A stretch of DNA of 64,000 bases from contig OY970067.1 of the NCBI GenBank assembly GCA_963705305.1, positions 4,032,001-4,096,000 of the forward strand, read 5' to 3'. Positions within the stretch are counted from its first letter, which is position 1; each line of letters starts with the position of its first letter. A model generated the notes under the pieces. The model was not told the DNA's origin and did no database searches. It saw nothing but the letters and a program-made list of their open reading frames with translations. Shown here piece after piece: positions 61,713-64,000 of this stretch. Origin of the DNA: an uncultured Methylomirabilota bacterium (GTDB lineage: Bacteria > Methylomirabilota > Methylomirabilia > Methylomirabilales > 2-02-FULL-66-22). A program made the translations under genes and the position numbers.

Positions 61713-61910
61713 ATGATCTACCGCATTGCACTTCGAGCGTCCGAGGAGGGGTACAGCGTATCCGTGCCCGGACTGCCCGGCTGCTGGTCGCAGGGTGCCA
61801 CCGAGGAAGAGGCCGTCCAGAATATCCGGGAGGCCATCCGAGAGTACCTTGCTGTGGCAACGGAATTGGTGCAAGGGGCCGAGATCCGCGACGTCGACGT
61901 GGCCATGTAG
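61713..61910 (+). CDS. hicB: HicB family antitoxin (short form)
   Basis: GYSVSVPGLPGCWSQGATEEEA..NIREAI. Confidence 0.88.
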   Translation: MIYRIALRASEEGYSVSVPGLPGCWSQGATEEEAVQNIREAIREYLAVATELVQGAEIRDVDVAM

Positions 61911-61912
61911 CC

Positions 61913-62124
61913 ATGGGAAGCTTGCCGGTGTCTACTACCTGGATGCCGTGCGCGCCCTCGAAAGAGCCGGTTTCCGCATAGCCCGACAAGGCAAACACAT
62001 CGTCATGACTGACGGTGTTCGTATTTTAACCATCCCCCGTCACAATCCTGTCAACGCCTTCACCATGGGCGGTATCGTAAGGGACGCCGCCCTGACGATC
62101 GAAGCGTTCAAGGTGCTCCTCTAA
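61913..62124 (+). pseudogene. hicA: HicA family toxin with an apparent 1-nt frameshift just after the ATG
   Basis: ALERAGF...RQGKHIVM...LTIPRH is in a different frame from ATG 61913. Confidence 0.7.
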
Positions 62125-62233
62125 CCCTCCTTTCTTTTCAATCAACCCATTCTGTGCTCCGCCTTCGCGCCATCCGAAAGGGTTGCCTGATGCCTTTCAG
62201 ATTTGGTTATTGCGCGCCAGCGCATAAACCAGT

Positions 62234-62267
62234 TGTGACCTTACCTGCCACACGCCCCGGGTATGCT
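62234..62267 (+). promoter_or_regulatory. WYL-box promoter 5
   Basis: TGTGAC-cttacct-GCCACA-N9-TATGCT, divergent from WYL-2; homologous to 37664-37697. Confidence 0.7.
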
Positions 62268-62286
62268 CCTCTCGCGCGCACTTCCG

Positions 62287-62386
62287 GTACGCCGCAGCGA
62301 GCGCGCGAGCGCGCGGGTACCCAGCCGAAGGTTGGGCACCCATCAGATGGGTGCCCGGCAGATGGGCCTTTTTCAGCAGCCTGTTA
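62287..62386. repeat. Truncated relative of the MITE-like element
   Basis: Ends GCAGATGGGCCTTTTTCAGCAGCCTG-TTA, as in 43894-43922. Confidence 0.6.
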
Positions 62387-62459
62387 GGCCTTGCGGATGA
62401 ATGGGCTTGAGCTGGGCCGTCTTGACTGGTATGATCTATTCATACCGAGGAGGGATGCC

Positions 62460-62693
62460 ATGGGTACCGCAGTCAAAAAGACGATCTCGCTGCCGCCGGA
62501 GCTGGCCCGGGAGGCACAGGAACTGGCCCGCGAGCAAGGGCGGACGCTCAGCGCCGTGATCCAGGATGCCCTGCGCCTTGCGGCCCGCGAGCGGCTCCGG
62601 ACGGAATTCGCCAAGGCGCAGGGATACTGGAGCAAGCGCGCGCGCGAGAAGGGGATTCTGACCGAGAAGGCCCTGGAGAAATACCTCGGATGA
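62460..62693 (+). CDS. Ribbon-helix-helix (CopG-like) antitoxin
   Basis: KKTISLPPELARE....AREQGRTLSAVIQDAL; GGTATGA-N5-TCATACC palindrome upstream. Confidence 0.8.
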   Translation: MGTAVKKTISLPPELAREAQELAREQGRTLSAVIQDALRLAARERLRTEFAKAQGYWSKRAREKGILTEKALEKYLG

Positions 62694-63091
62694 GGGTGGT
62701 CTTCGACACCAATATCTTCGTCTCCGCCCTGGTGTTCCCCGGGGGGCGTGCCGACGCGGCGCTCCAGCGCATCTTGAGCGGAGAGGACACCCTCATCATC
62801 TCCCCGGCCATCATCGACGAGGTCTTGGCGGTGTTGGCGGGGAAGTTCGGTCGAGATGCGGAGGAGTTGAGTCGGGTCGCCGTGCTCCTGGCCGAGGCGG
62901 CGGATCTGGTGAAACCGCGGAAGCGCCTGACCATTCTGGCCGACAAGCCGGACAATCGCATCCTCGAATGCGCGCTGGCCGGGACGGCGGATGGTGTCGT
63001 GACCGGCGACAAGGCTATGCTGCTCCTGGAATCATTTCAGGGCATCGCGATCATGTCGCTGGATGCCTATCTGAGGACACGTCGTCTGTAG
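62690..63091 (+). CDS. PIN family toxin
   Basis: RVVFDTNIFVSAL, D.PDNRILECA, VTGDK. Confidence 0.9.
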   Translation: MRVVFDTNIFVSALVFPGGRADAALQRILSGEDTLIISPAIIDEVLAVLAGKFGRDAEELSRVAVLLAEAADLVKPRKRLTILADKPDNRILECALAGTADGVVTGDKAMLLLESFQGIAIMSLDAYLRTRRL

Positions 63092-63369
63092 GGGCTTTAC
63101 GCCTACTGCCGGGAGCTCAAGGACCAGGGCTACGACGGGCACCAGAGAAAGCAGATGATCTACGGCAGCTACCGGTGGACCAGCGGGAGAGGGAAGCCAT
63201 CAGAGGAGCCGATGACGGAGCGATAGCGCCGGATTGCAGTTGCGCAAGGGATGCGCCGGCCGTTGCCTCGGCAAGCGTCGGCGACGGGCGTTGGTGAACG
63301 AAGTGAATATCCTGGAGGGGTACCCGGCGATCAAGATCGTGGCCCCACCCGAGGTGTGAGGAGGTCGGC

Positions 63370-63567
63370 ATGATATTCGATTACCTGACCGCCGCGACGC
63401 GGGCCGGTATTCTTTCCCAGGATCTGGATCGGCTCGTCACCCTGACTCGTGCGGAGTTCCCCGGAGACGAGATGATGGTGGAGCTTCATGTCCTCCGGGC
63501 CGTCCAGGCGGTGGAGCGGGGGGATGTCACTCTGCCGGAGGTTCTCCGTCCCCGGGCCGCCGCGTGA
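63370..63567 (+). CDS. Small hypothetical protein
   Basis: GAGGAGG RBS, 65 aa, EFPGDEMMVELHVLRA. Confidence 0.6.
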   Translation: MIFDYLTAATRAGILSQDLDRLVTLTRAEFPGDEMMVELHVLRAVQAVERGDVTLPEVLRPRAAA

Positions 63568-63659
63568 CCTGTCCCGACTGCCGCGGCATGCGGCTCTCCT
63601 GGAGCCTGGTCCGGCCACTTTACGTTTGGCCATTCCGCATTCCACAATCCGCATTGTCG

Positions 63660-63886
63660 TTTTTGTGATCTCATACGGTCAAACAGGCCATGCTGGCCCG
63701 CGACATCCGCCGTACGCCTTTAGGGAACAGGGCCTTGCGATGCTTTCAAGCGTTTTGAACAGCCCCAAGGCCAACCGGCAGCTCATGGCCCCGCCTGAGA
63801 AGGCGCGGCGCTCCATCGGCTTCCGGGTCGAGGACGCGCGGCCGCCCTACCGCGTGCGGCGCCCGGGGCGCCGAGCCCGCGTGTGA
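63660..63886 (+). pseudogene. ORF6N/KilA-N-like DNA-binding protein remnant
   Basis: FVIS...PYAFREQG.AMLSSVLNS fused directly to RQLM.PP...R.IGF, so the middle is deleted. Confidence 0.65.
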
Positions 63887-64000
63887 ACGTTCCCCTTTCC
63901 TCCGTGTCCCCGCCCCTTCGTCCGCTTTCCTTGATGCTTGCCTCCTGGGGCCACCTTTGGTAGAAGGGTAGTATGCCCTGAGAGTCCATTCCTGGGAGTC

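Noticed and set aside
63632..63656. Heptamer-like repeats ATTCCGC/ATTCCAC/AATCCGC
   Set aside because: Three degenerate units only; no function can be supported.

Overview
GC-rich bacterial accessory region. It contains no complete rRNA or tRNA gene and no CRISPR array. Positions 1-22.9 kb hold two decaying GntR-controlled catabolic clusters built around polar amino-acid ABC transporters. They are interrupted by IS3 and IS630, and between them lie an internally deleted RIT element, an IS110 and 3' fragments of tRNA-Val(TAC) and tRNA-Leu(CAA) that look like island att sites. Positions 23-64 kb are a defence/DNA-processing island: truncated DUF262, a four-ORF double-DDE transposable element, several PD-(D/E)XK nucleases, an AddAB-like helicase-nuclease pair, two paralogous WYL regulators, a NERD-helicase, a 1409-bp inverted duplication carrying an SDH Clp-fold protease, IS1380, a YprB-like exonuclease, an AbiE-like type IV TA, an HNH-NACHT protein and three type II TA pairs. 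Four observations stand out. (1) The promoter architecture TGTGAC-N7-G(C/T)CAC(A/G)-N9-TANNNT occurs five times and probably defines a WYL regulon. (2) The IS110 upstream RNA carries readable target and donor guides, and the element sits exactly in a tRNA anticodon-loop att core. (3) The IS elements show an A>C/T>G substitution signature, with an identical apparent TAC>GTCC frameshift in two unrelated IS. (4) One element encodes two DDE transposases. All family calls come from motif recognition by eye, without database searches.
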